Positions 17,468 to 26,565 of a stretch of 48,836 nt of DNA are shown in pieces. Each line of letters starts with the position of its first letter. Positions within the stretch are counted from its first letter, which is position 1. Source of the stretch: a virus (Duplodnaviria; Caudoviricetes). The translations under genes were made by a program, and so were the position numbers. The stretch is taken from the IMG/VR virus record IMGVR_UViG_3300010362_000025, positions 1-48,836 of that record; one strand, given 5' to 3'. The notes beneath the pieces were generated by a model. It made no database searches. It worked only from the letters and a program-made list of their open reading frames with translations, and was not told where the DNA came from.

Positions 17468-19615
17468 TCAGGTTCCTGGAAGAGGCGCGCCACCGGTCAT
17501 CGGGAGCGGCTGGCCGGTTGGCACGCCGCCTGGCGAGACCATCTGCCGCTGCACCATCGCCGATGCCTGCTGCCGCGGCGTAACAGCCTTGTCGGTCAAG
17601 GTGCTGATCGCGGCCTCTGGCGTCAGGCCAAGCTCGTTGAGAATCCGTGCGGCTAGCCTCGCGGTGGTCATAGGGTTGCGCCCGGCCGCGACGTTCTCGG
17701 CGGTCTTGACTAGTAGTTTGCTGGCAGTTGTATTCGTAAGAGCTTTCGAGACAACTGCCGGGGAGAACAGGACGGCTGCCAACGTGTAGAATCCACCTCC
17801 TGTTGCGATACCTGGCGAGCCTCGCATCAACCCTGTAACACCCGATATCGTACCTGCCAGTGTGAGACCTACCCGCGCTGTGCTACCTGCCTTCGCAACT
17901 GCCCGGTCGACTGTGTTCATCGCGTCGATGTACCTATGCAACGTCCGCACATACTCGGGACCGAGGGTAGCTTCCAGGAAATATTTGCCGTAGCCCTGTG
18001 TGCTAGTACCAAGCGCAGTATGCAACATACTAGGCTGCAAGATTCCTTGGCTGCTCACTGACTGCTGAAAGAACCGCTCCGCAATAGCACCCTTCACCTG
18101 CCCAACAATACGTGCACCATCTGGTGTACCACGTAAGGCCATTTCTAGCTTGGCAAAGTTCTCCGCGTCTGCGTTATCAATTATCTTGTTCGCATACAGA
18201 AGCGCATTCTCTTCCTTGTGGAGCATACCTCTCACGAGATACCCGTCGAATCCTGCCTTGTTGATGTCGTCATCCGCTCGCGTCCACTTCCTGAACGTGC
18301 TCCGGAATCTAGCCGGCAGAGCATCTCGAGTCGCATTGTCCAGCTCCACAATACGTTGCTTCAACTCGGCTCGTGCAGCCGCATCGTAGGTGCGTCGATC
18401 CCGCGACATGTTACCTAGCGTTGCCCTTGCGGTCTGTAGATCGTCGAAGGATACGTTATCAGGCAACCCAAGAATGACTGTAGCTCCTGGCTGTTTACTT
18501 GCTGGCCCTTTCGGAAAGCCTGACAGCGTAGTCCCACTAGGGCCCTTCACAGACTTCGTGGCACCCATCGACTGCCGCAGATCGGAGATGTCGAGCTTAA
18601 GCCCAGTAGGCAACTTATCCGTCAACGTGTTCATGGCCTCCTGGCGCACCGCGTTCAAGGTATCGAAGCGGCCGTTCAGGGCAGCAATCACAGCCTTGCC
18701 GAGCTTCTCAGGCGGTAGCTGGTCCGCGAACGTAGTGCCTAGGTCGTTCAGCGTTGCATAGTGCAGTAGCTTCCCTCGAGCTTGCTCGTACGCCTCATCG
18801 GGCACCATCTTGGAACCACTCACCCGATCCCAAAACTTAGAAGTGATGCTAGTATCTAGCCGACTTGGCGACGCGCCTCCGGTGATAGCCACCTTCCTAG
18901 CAACCAACGGGTCGAGGCCCGCATCAGTCAGTCTCTTGAAGACCGCGTCATCCGCCAGCTCGGTCTTCAACGGCTCCAAGATGCGGCCTAGACTCCACCA
19001 CCGCCGAGTCTCCTCCACCAGTGGTGCTCCACCGATCTCCTCGTAGGCAGCCCGCACGCGGTTCGCCATCGTCTTGAGGACCTCGGCGCTCTCGGGGTTC
19101 ATCGCCCGCCTGAATGGCGTGATCACCGAGGTCACTGGCCCGAGGACAGTCCGCCCGATTAGCTCACTTTGACCCTCACCGAGGCCAGCCGTCAGCGTCC
19201 GTCGGTAGGCATCGTCGATACTATCTGGTGCCCCAGGCAGCCCCATCGCCGCCTGGACACCTTGCATGGTCAGCTCGGTGCCCATGCCCGCGGCCGCGGC
19301 CCCAGCAACTGCCGCGCCCCCAACCACGATAGCCTTTCCCATCGGTGTTGGCACCCGCGCCGCGAGTGGCGCTGCAGCTTCGGCGGCCTGCGTAGCGCCA
19401 ACCATCGTGGTAGCGATTGGTGCCGCGACCTCCACGAACTTCTGCATCCCGCTCTTGCCCTCCGGTACTACTGGAGTTTGCTTACCCTCCATAGGTGTAC
19501 CTGGGGCACGAGTCCAGGGAAGTGCGTTCGAGCCCTCCGCGGGCTTTAGGGTGTTAAGCTCAGCGTCGATATCGGCTAGCCGCTTTAGAGCACGCTCACG
19601 TTCAGCTGGGCTCAT
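17468..19615 (-). CDS. internal virion / DNA ejection protein
   Basis: 715 aa, Ala/Gly-rich with hydrophobic segments; last gene of structural arm. Confidence 0.6.
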   Translation of the reverse strand: MSPAERERALKRLADIDAELNTLKPAEGSNALPWTRAPGTPMEGKQTPVVPEGKSGMQKFVEVAAPIATTMVGATQAAEAAAPLAARVPTPMGKAIVVGGAAVAGAAAAGMGTELTMQGVQAAMGLPGAPDSIDDAYRRTLTAGLGEGQSELIGRTVLGPVTSVITPFRRAMNPESAEVLKTMANRVRAAYEEIGGAPLVEETRRWWSLGRILEPLKTELADDAVFKRLTDAGLDPLVARKVAITGGASPSRLDTSITSKFWDRVSGSKMVPDEAYEQARGKLLHYATLNDLGTTFADQLPPEKLGKAVIAALNGRFDTLNAVRQEAMNTLTDKLPTGLKLDISDLRQSMGATKSVKGPSGTTLSGFPKGPASKQPGATVILGLPDNVSFDDLQTARATLGNMSRDRRTYDAAARAELKQRIVELDNATRDALPARFRSTFRKWTRADDDINKAGFDGYLVRGMLHKEENALLYANKIIDNADAENFAKLEMALRGTPDGARIVGQVKGAIAERFFQQSVSSQGILQPSMLHTALGTSTQGYGKYFLEATLGPEYVRTLHRYIDAMNTVDRAVAKAGSTARVGLTLAGTISGVTGLMRGSPGIATGGGFYTLAAVLFSPAVVSKALTNTTASKLLVKTAENVAAGRNPMTTARLAARILNELGLTPEAAISTLTDKAVTPRQQASAMVQRQMVSPGGVPTGQPLPMTGGAPLPGT

Positions 19616-21336
19616 TAATCCTCCAGACTCTTCATGAGCTTCTCACGCTCCTTAAGCAACCCACGAGCCTTCGGTGGGTTTGAGTATTGCATTGGGTCAG
19701 TGGGCATCGCGGGCGATAGCACGGCGTTCGACTCAGTAGACATCGGCGGCTCTTGGCTCTCACTCGACTCGGTAGGCTCGGGACCACCTGGCGTGCCAGT
19801 CGACGGCCCACCCTTGTCACGGAACTCGGTGACGCCACCCACTACCTTTGGATCCCGGCCCAGGACGCCAATGCCCTTGACGTGTTGCTTCGTGAAGTCA
19901 GCCGGGATAAAGCCAGTCTCAGTGATGACGTTCGGTACCGGGCCCTGCTTGAGAACCTCGTCGAGAGGTAGCACTGGCACGTTATCGGGAATCTTGTACC
20001 CAAGCGAGTAGAGGATCCCAGCGTCCACAGAGATGTTGGTCTTGACCTTGCTCTGGAACGCAGGTAGTGCCTGCTCAAATGTCTGTGGGCTATCGAACAA
20101 CGACGGGATCCGCTTGTTGATCTCCGCCCGCTCCTGGTCCGACGCAGCTCGGCCGGACAGGTACAGCAGGTACTCACCCTTCATCTGCTCGATATCTTTG
20201 CGGAGAGTCTGCAAGTCAGGATCGTCCGTCCCAGTTGCCGCCCACGTATCTAGCATAGGCTGCCGGATCCTGCCAACTGGAATACGCCCCTGAGCCTTTA
20301 GGTCATTATACCTGTCCTGGATACTCTGGATCTCCAGCACCAAACGGCTCTGACGCGAGAACTCCATGCGCTCCTCTTTGCTTGGCATCTGGAGCTTCTG
20401 CTCGCTCCGAGCTTGGGCCAAGCACTGAGATGCACCCTCGTAGTCTCCCGCATCTATAAATGTCTGGACACACGAGCCTCTAACCTCGTTTGGAGTCAGT
20501 GCGGTCAGCTTGACGAAGCCTTGCTCGAATCGCTTCATCACCTCGGGCGGAGCACCCTTAGCCTTAGCCTCCGTTGCATCGCTGATGAGCTTACCAAGCG
20601 GGCTGTCAGGCGTCTGGATCTTGTCCAGGCCTTCGGCAAATTTAGTAGTTGGATTCCCCTTCTCGTCTAGCATCCCAAGTTCGGGTCGACTTGGCGGCTT
20701 CCACGACCCATCTGGATTGCGTGGTAGCACGTAGCCAGGATTACCCTGCAACAACCGCTCGGCACGCTCTAGTTGATCTGCTCCAGTCTTGTCGACTGGC
20801 TCGCCCATCGCAGCCATCTGGTGCGCCAACGTCCGCTGCTTCTCGGCCCGGGTGTAGATAGCCTCGTTGGCTTTCCGGGTTTGTTCATCGAGTTCGCCCT
20901 GGGTCTCAGCTACGACTTTACCTGTCCTAGCCCTGGACTCGACGGCTTGCTGCTTCCTCAACGCAGTCCCCGCCTGTGTCTCCTCGGTCTGTGCTCGTCG
21001 AAGTGGCAGCGTGCCCTCCTCGAGCTCACGGCGCTTCCGTTCGTCCTCAGACCAATCGAGCTTACTCTGCTCACCAGCCTTCCACGTCTCTAGAGCAGCC
21101 TTGTTGCGGCGCTGCTCCTCAAGTGCCTGGTTAGCTCCAATCTGGGCCTGCGACGTCCTCTCTAGTCGTGAGGCTTCCTCCCGCTTGAGCCGGTTAGCCT
21201 CTATCTCCTTCTCTACCCGCTCCAGCTCCGTCTCGCCACCACCTAGTGCAGTCGAGCGATTCCGAAACTGCTGCATCATCATCAGCATCTGAGCTTGCTG
21301 CTCAGCGCGCTTGCCCCGGAGGTCTACGACTGGCAT
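19615..21336 (-). CDS. internal virion / ejection protein, coiled-coil
   Basis: 573 aa, Gln/Glu-rich helical; position after tail genes. Confidence 0.6.
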   Translation of the reverse strand: MPVVDLRGKRAEQQAQMLMMMQQFRNRSTALGGGETELERVEKEIEANRLKREEASRLERTSQAQIGANQALEEQRRNKAALETWKAGEQSKLDWSEDERKRRELEEGTLPLRRAQTEETQAGTALRKQQAVESRARTGKVVAETQGELDEQTRKANEAIYTRAEKQRTLAHQMAAMGEPVDKTGADQLERAERLLQGNPGYVLPRNPDGSWKPPSRPELGMLDEKGNPTTKFAEGLDKIQTPDSPLGKLISDATEAKAKGAPPEVMKRFEQGFVKLTALTPNEVRGSCVQTFIDAGDYEGASQCLAQARSEQKLQMPSKEERMEFSRQSRLVLEIQSIQDRYNDLKAQGRIPVGRIRQPMLDTWAATGTDDPDLQTLRKDIEQMKGEYLLYLSGRAASDQERAEINKRIPSLFDSPQTFEQALPAFQSKVKTNISVDAGILYSLGYKIPDNVPVLPLDEVLKQGPVPNVITETGFIPADFTKQHVKGIGVLGRDPKVVGGVTEFRDKGGPSTGTPGGPEPTESSESQEPPMSTESNAVLSPAMPTDPMQYSNPPKARGLLKEREKLMKSLED

Positions 21337-21920
21337 CAGGTCACCATAGTCCCGGAGCTAGGCCGCGTGGCTCCCCACTGCGACCCTGTGCTAGCAAACG
21401 GCGGCACGTCGCTCCTCCGAATGAAGTCCTGGTACGCCCTAGCCATTGCCGCCTCACGAGCACCGTACTCCGCCTGTGCAATACCAGCCTGGTTCGACAT
21501 GACGTTCTGCATCGCAGCCTGGCGCTGGTTCTCTAGTGTGGTCTGGAACTCGGCGCCCTTCGCGGCAATGTCTTGCGAAGTCTTCTGTCGAAGGTCGGCC
21601 TGCTGTTGCAGGTTCGCGCTCGAGTACAGCGCGCCCCGGCTACCAAGCGTCTCTCCGATCTGCGACGCCTGGCGCCCAGCCTCTCGATTTGCTACGTCGA
21701 CATACTTGCTGAACATGTCCTCGAAGCGATTGGTCGTGCGACCCTCGATACCTTGATACTCCTTCGCTACCATCTGCTCATACGCGTTGCCCGTTGCACC
21801 AGAGCCCACGTAGAATGGAGCGATAGTTGCGTTAGTTCCTGCGCCCGCTTGCTGTATGGTAGCAGCCGGCCCCATGATGCCGGTGTTACCGATTTGCGCT
21901 TGCCCCTGCTGCTGTCCCAT
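21336..21920 (-). CDS. internal virion (pilot-like) protein
   Basis: Gln/Ala-rich; LGSRGALYSS motif reminiscent of podophage ejection proteins. Confidence 0.55.
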   Translation of the reverse strand: MGQQQGQAQIGNTGIMGPAATIQQAGAGTNATIAPFYVGSGATGNAYEQMVAKEYQGIEGRTTNRFEDMFSKYVDVANREAGRQASQIGETLGSRGALYSSANLQQQADLRQKTSQDIAAKGAEFQTTLENQRQAAMQNVMSNQAGIAQAEYGAREAAMARAYQDFIRRSDVPPFASTGSQWGATRPSSGTMVT

Positions 21921-22570
21921 CAGTATTGCCTATCGCCTACATTGGTGGCAGTGTCTAGCTTACCACGCAACCGCTCCAGCTTGCCCTGGATCTTCGGGAT
22001 CCGTGCTGCTTGGCCTGGTCGGATCTGATCCTCCGGGATTGCCTGTAGGCCCTCTAGCCGATTCTCCAACCGACCAATCTTGCCGCCCAGCCGAGTCACT
22101 CGGCCAGCCCATGGTCCCGGCTTCCCACCACTGGCCTTAGCCCCTGCGGCGCGCTCCTTCGCCAAGAAGATTCGTTGCTCGGGAGTCAGACTCGTAATAT
22201 CACCCGACGCCAGGCCTTCCTGGCTCACGCCCGGGATATCCTCGCCCTTACCCCCGACGAACCCCAGTGCCGCAGCCTCGCTTGGCTTTAGCTCCGGGAT
22301 AGCCAGGTCAAACTTCGCCTTCTCAGGATCGCCCCCAGACTCGAGGTACTCCCCGAAGCCTGGATACGTCTTGCCAACGTTGGCTACGGTCATCCTAGCG
22401 AAGTAGTCCTTCATCGCTTTGTCCTGGGGATCTTCTGGCAGCGGCTTCACGTTTGCTTGGCCCCCACCACCGCCACCGCCCCCAAACGCGCCCTGGCTTT
22501 GAGCTACCTGCATCCCGGTCGCAGCGACGGTTGCCACGCCTGCGACCACTGCTGCTGTTACCGCGGCCAT
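21920..22570 (-). CDS. internal virion protein
   Basis: N-terminal MAAVTAAVVAGVATVAATG then poly-Gly, typical of podophage gp14/gp7-like proteins; GGAGG RBS. Confidence 0.6.
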   Translation of the reverse strand: MAAVTAAVVAGVATVAATGMQVAQSQGAFGGGGGGGGQANVKPLPEDPQDKAMKDYFARMTVANVGKTYPGFGEYLESGGDPEKAKFDLAIPELKPSEAAALGFVGGKGEDIPGVSQEGLASGDITSLTPEQRIFLAKERAAGAKASGGKPGPWAGRVTRLGGKIGRLENRLEGLQAIPEDQIRPGQAARIPKIQGKLERLRGKLDTATNVGDRQY

Positions 22571-22579
22571 ACGTACCTC

Positions 22580-23146
22580 CTAATCGAAGAAGCTCCACAG
22601 GATCAGCCGCCCGTCCTTCGGCGACTGACCAAACCCTCGCGGCGGCATCGCCGCGTGAAGCAAGTTACTTGGGATCACGAGCCCACGGTTAGGTTTACAG
22701 GCTACCTCACCGATTATACTCCACGCATTCAAATTGTTACAATCACGCGTCCATACGTCGAGCTCAGCCTGGTTCTTTGGGTGCTCGCTGAAGTCCTCGT
22801 CCACATGCTTCAGCAATACCGTACCCCCCGGGCTCTCGTTGATGTAGATAAAGGACGCCCACTTTGAGACCTCCGCATCGCTATGTGCCCACTGTGGTGG
22901 CTCAGTTCCTTCTAGGCTTAGCCGGAAGGCACAGATTTTCAGTAGTATCCTATAACCCATTAGCCACGAAAGTGTATGGACTAACATCTCCTGGGCCACT
23001 GCCGGTACCGGTAGCCCAATGTTCTTGTAGACTACGCCGTCGGGACCAGTCCGATCCTTATACTCCATGCCCCACGCGTAGTCCCGCAGCAGTAGAAACT
23101 CGTTGTTTGGGAACACCTCATCAACGGCAATTAGGTACGGTGTCAT
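22580..23146 (-). CDS. 2OG-Fe(II) oxygenase superfamily protein
   Basis: HxD (AHSD), FIYIN, GGT, NRGLVIP..LLH, distal R (GRLIL). Confidence 0.8.
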   Translation of the reverse strand: MTPYLIAVDEVFPNNEFLLLRDYAWGMEYKDRTGPDGVVYKNIGLPVPAVAQEMLVHTLSWLMGYRILLKICAFRLSLEGTEPPQWAHSDAEVSKWASFIYINESPGGTVLLKHVDEDFSEHPKNQAELDVWTRDCNNLNAWSIIGEVACKPNRGLVIPSNLLHAAMPPRGFGQSPKDGRLILWSFFD

Positions 23147-23634
23147 ATCAGCTTGACGTAATGCGTCTCGAACGGCTGGTAGCCCTTCTGCTCATAGAAG
23201 TGAGCCAATCGCTCGGGCATATTGTGGAGCATGTAGGCCATCGTCACCCGGGTACATTTGCGGAATCTAGCCCACTCCTCGAAGGCCTCCAATAGACGTG
23301 TCCCCGTCCCCTTTTGTGCCCCGGGCCAAACGTACCAGAATAGCTCGCTAGCGCAGAGCGCCCCATCGAACACGTTCTCGTACACAACACCCGCGATGGC
23401 CCCCTTGAGCTCAAACCCCTCGTGTGCACAGAGGACTATCCCCTGACCCTGGCTCATGAATCCCGCCATCTTGGTCTTGAACACTGTCGGGTCGAACTTC
23501 ATCAGGCTCGCCCCGTATAGATTCGCGAAGATCGTCCCCATCTCTCCCAGCAGATGCAGATCGTCCACTGTCGCCGTTGCTATATAGCTCCTCGGCAAGG
23601 ATCCCAAAGAGGTGGCAGTCTCGGTAGATTCCAT
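23143..23634 (-). CDS. GNAT acetyltransferase
   Basis: ATVDDL, ELFWYVWPGAQKGTGTRLLEAFEEWAR, FYEQKGY. Confidence 0.85.
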   Translation of the reverse strand: MESTETATSLGSLPRSYIATATVDDLHLLGEMGTIFANLYGASLMKFDPTVFKTKMAGFMSQGQGIVLCAHEGFELKGAIAGVVYENVFDGALCASELFWYVWPGAQKGTGTRLLEAFEEWARFRKCTRVTMAYMLHNMPERLAHFYEQKGYQPFETHYVKLI

Positions 23635-24118
23635 CCCTCAAGTGCGCCTTTCTCACCACGCCCTCGAGCTTGAAGCCCAACCGCCCAACGAGCTTGATGG
23701 CTGTTCGGTTATCTTCCGGTAGTATAGCTGTCATTCGACGCAACTGTGCTCGCAAGGCGAAGTCTCGCATTGCTTCTAGCAGTACAGACTCCCGCCCCCG
23801 CAACCGTCGATCGAACATCACGACATGCATGTTCGCATCCAACCTCGGACGAACCTGCGTAGCAGCCGCGAGGCCAATAGTTTCCTCGCCCTGCATGATC
23901 TCATAGAACTGGTTCGTCGGAGCTAGCATGCCTTCCTTGAATGCCTCAAATGTCCGAGGAATAACGTCGTCAAATACTTGTGGGTATTGTCGCATCCGCT
24001 CCCACAAGTATTCGAGTTTACCACTAGTTAAAATCAGTGGGCGCCATGTTGGCTGGATTGCGCTCCCCGAGTCCGCCGATTTCGCGCTCACTTGGGAAAA
24101 ATTCGCCGCTGGGAACAT
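23411..24118 (-). CDS. GNAT acetyltransferase, RimJ/RimL-like (start uncertain)
   Basis: LRRMTAILPEDNRTAIKLVGRLGFKLEGVVRKAHLRDGIYRDCHLFGILAEE. Confidence 0.85.
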   Translation of the reverse strand: MFPAANFSQVSAKSADSGSAIQPTWRPLILTSGKLEYLWERMRQYPQVFDDVIPRTFEAFKEGMLAPTNQFYEIMQGEETIGLAAATQVRPRLDANMHVVMFDRRLRGRESVLLEAMRDFALRAQLRRMTAILPEDNRTAIKLVGRLGFKLEGVVRKAHLRDGIYRDCHLFGILAEELYSNGDSGRSASAGRDGDDLRESIRGEPDEVRPDSVQDQDGGIHEPGSGDSPLCTRGV

Positions 24119-25634
24119 AGATTTCGCTGTACCCTCTCCAGCTAGGCCTACCAGCCCCGCTCTCAACAGGGTACCGGAAGCGGTACCTGCGTACGTGGCT
24201 CGTTACATTAGTGTCAATAAACTCGTAGCCCCAATGCGTCTGCTTTGGTGTCACAGGTAACGACAATGGGAACGATTGACCCCGGTCGACGCTGATCTCG
24301 AGTAGCCACGTCATAGCTACGGGGATCCTTGGCCAAGCCTGTGCGACCATTACCCGCTCGAGCGTAGCATTGTGGATCTGGTTCTGGTCGTAGTACATAT
24401 CCGGCGTATCCATGAACATCTCTAACCCGCCATCCGCTGGCCGCGATAGACGATCCCCATCGATCCGCTCATCGATCACAAAGAAATCTTTGTCTCGGCT
24501 CGCCAGAAGCACTGGGTAGACAGACGGGAAGCCAGCTCCGTCGTAGCCAGGCGAGCCTACCAGGCCAGTCTGCCAGAATTCATACAATGACCGTAGACTA
24601 GTGAATACATCGCGGGTCCATGTATCCCGAAGGTAATCGTAGATTAACACCACACACTGCGTGCTCTGCCATTGTGGGATCACCAGGTGGTACTCCTTGA
24701 ATCCCATAAACAGGCCCGCAAACGGTATGTTGACCCAGCTACTCATGTCACCCTGATCCATGATCTGCCGGATATACGTGTGGACAGGGGTACCGATAGC
24801 AGTCAACTTGGTACCATCCCACACGTACACGTTGAAATCATTGCCCAAGAAGATGTGGAATTGGCCCGCACTTTGAAGGGTCCAGGCTGCCTGGCAGCCT
24901 ACGCCATACGAGCGACCCTGCGGTAGGAACGGGGCCGTATCGTCACCCGTACCGACAATATCGGTGATCGACGAATTCCGATACACGACTAGGCGATCGT
25001 TCAGAACACGGCCACCTGTGATGTTCTCAACGGTACCATCGTACAGATCCAGCCACCCACTGCGCCCTAGACCCTGGGTCCAATCCGAGTAATTCGCCCG
25101 CGCGCTCCACTGGATCCGATTCGAGACGCCAATCAGGTTCATCAGAAACACACGATTGTTGAAGTATTCAGTGAACAGTGCTGCCGGGCTCGTCAGCACC
25201 TCTGTTGTGAAAACCCCCGGGCTCGTAGCCTTGATGGCTGTGACCGTTGAGGCTCTCACAATGAATGTCCGCTCCTCTCCTTGGCTCCATGAGAAGCGGC
25301 GACTCAACTGCGACACAGGGGGAAGGGCTATCGCGGTCCCAAGCTGATGAGTCGTAGCGTTGTAGGGCGAAGCATCGTTATCGTTCAGCGCATTCGCCGA
25401 CAGAGCGAGTACCGTCCGGACACCAGAGATGTCGTTGTGCAGCGCAAAATCCATGATGGTCTTAGGTCGTGCTTGAATCACGGCCGAACGACCAGGAGCC
25501 TTGATGATCTCTCCGTGTCGAAAGCGTATGTTTTGGCACCACGGGCTGTAGTCCGGGGTCAGAGCATCGGCAACCGCGCTAGTGTACAAGCCCTTGGTCG
25601 GGACCTGGTTCCGGATGAATTGTTGCTGGCCCAC
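24024..25634 (-). CDS. tail tubular/nozzle (DNA stabilization, P22 gp10/T7 gp12-like) protein
   Basis: 536 aa, beta-propeller-like; NIRFRHG, NNRVFL, RIQWS, GCQA motifs; follows adaptor. Confidence 0.7.
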   Translation of the reverse strand: MGQQQFIRNQVPTKGLYTSAVADALTPDYSPWCQNIRFRHGEIIKAPGRSAVIQARPKTIMDFALHNDISGVRTVLALSANALNDNDASPYNATTHQLGTAIALPPVSQLSRRFSWSQGEERTFIVRASTVTAIKATSPGVFTTEVLTSPAALFTEYFNNRVFLMNLIGVSNRIQWSARANYSDWTQGLGRSGWLDLYDGTVENITGGRVLNDRLVVYRNSSITDIVGTGDDTAPFLPQGRSYGVGCQAAWTLQSAGQFHIFLGNDFNVYVWDGTKLTAIGTPVHTYIRQIMDQGDMSSWVNIPFAGLFMGFKEYHLVIPQWQSTQCVVLIYDYLRDTWTRDVFTSLRSLYEFWQTGLVGSPGYDGAGFPSVYPVLLASRDKDFFVIDERIDGDRLSRPADGGLEMFMDTPDMYYDQNQIHNATLERVMVAQAWPRIPVAMTWLLEISVDRGQSFPLSLPVTPKQTHWGYEFIDTNVTSHVRRYRFRYPVESGAGRPSWRGYSEIYVPSGEFFPSEREIGGLGERNPANMAPTDFN

Positions 25635-25645
25635 CCTCTCACCCC

Positions 25646-25658
25646 TTCAATTAGTGAA
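25646..25658. promoter_or_regulatory. TTCAAT-N3-TGAA box (site 4)
   Basis: TTCAAT-TAG-TGAA in the 27-bp gap next to the RBS of the nozzle gene. Confidence 0.65.
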
Positions 25659-25661
25659 GCA

Positions 25662-26270
25662 TCAACTAAACCGGACACCAATCGTCGTCTCGTAACCATC
25701 ATCCTCCAGCAACGGGTTGTCTTGTCGGTTAGCAATTCCCTGATCCATTACGCCTTTGTAGGCCGTGGCCTCCTCAAACCTCTGCAGGGCCTCTAGGCCC
25801 TTGGCCACCGTCAGCGTTACCAGGAGCTCATGCCACTCGCGCTCCAAGGGAATTGGAAGCCCAGTCTTCAACGTAGGCAGCCGGCGTCGATACCGCATAA
25901 CCATCGCCCAATCGCGGTCTGGCATTGGGTCCAGCTCCAAGTGATCCTGGTATCTCGCGAATCGCGTAGGGATGCCTATCGTTCGGTAGGTCTTGTCCAG
26001 CACCTGCCAGTGTACCTGATCGAGCTTTCGAGTCAGGTCCCTCAGAGATAGAATGAACCAGAAGTCCGCAGGCACCTGTAGCCTCGCAGTACCTTTCTCG
26101 GCAATGAACTCGTACAGTGCGTCAAGTTCTCGGAACGATGCCTTCGGAGCTTGGGTCAGCTCAGTGAAAGCGTCATTAATCCACTGATCAGCCCGAGTAG
26201 CTAGATCTTGACGATTACCGAGGCGTTTAATAACCTCGGTCTTGACGTCGTCATAGGTCTGCGGGTTCAT
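25662..26270 (-). CDS. head-tail adaptor (tail tubular protein A-like)
   Basis: TYDDVKTEVIKRLG...WINDA...G.P..F...LELDPMPD...Y. Confidence 0.7.
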   Translation of the reverse strand: MNPQTYDDVKTEVIKRLGNRQDLATRADQWINDAFTELTQAPKASFRELDALYEFIAEKGTARLQVPADFWFILSLRDLTRKLDQVHWQVLDKTYRTIGIPTRFARYQDHLELDPMPDRDWAMVMRYRRRLPTLKTGLPIPLEREWHELLVTLTVAKGLEALQRFEEATAYKGVMDQGIANRQDNPLLEDDGYETTIGVRFS

Positions 26271-26560
26271 GCTAGTGGCGCAGGGTTGATATCAGGTGAA
26301 GGCGTCGGGGGAATTTCGGTCGAGGTACCTTCCGGTACTATCGGCGGTGGCGGTGGCTCTACGCCTGCTGTCGCGGCCCATGCGTTCCTACACGACTCGT
26401 CATGAAACACAAGCTGCGGGCTGATAGCCTCCAGCACTCGGCCGCTAGGTGGCCCCGTTACCTCTGTATCATGAAAGAATCCCACAACTATCGAGTACCA
26501 ACCTACGAGTGAAGTAGATGTCTCCTCACAGTTATCGCACTTGTATGTAGTTGCCATCAT
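26267..26560 (-). CDS. putative fibre-associated small protein (CDNC), paralog of 28553-28795
   Basis: MATTYKCDNC..STS..GW...PP.GR.L; directly after fibre gene. Confidence 0.55.
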   Translation of the reverse strand: MMATTYKCDNCEETSTSLVGWYSIVVGFFHDTEVTGPPSGRVLEAISPQLVFHDESCRNAWAATAGVEPPPPPIVPEGTSTEIPPTPSPDINPAPLA

Positions 26561-26565
26561 CTCTC

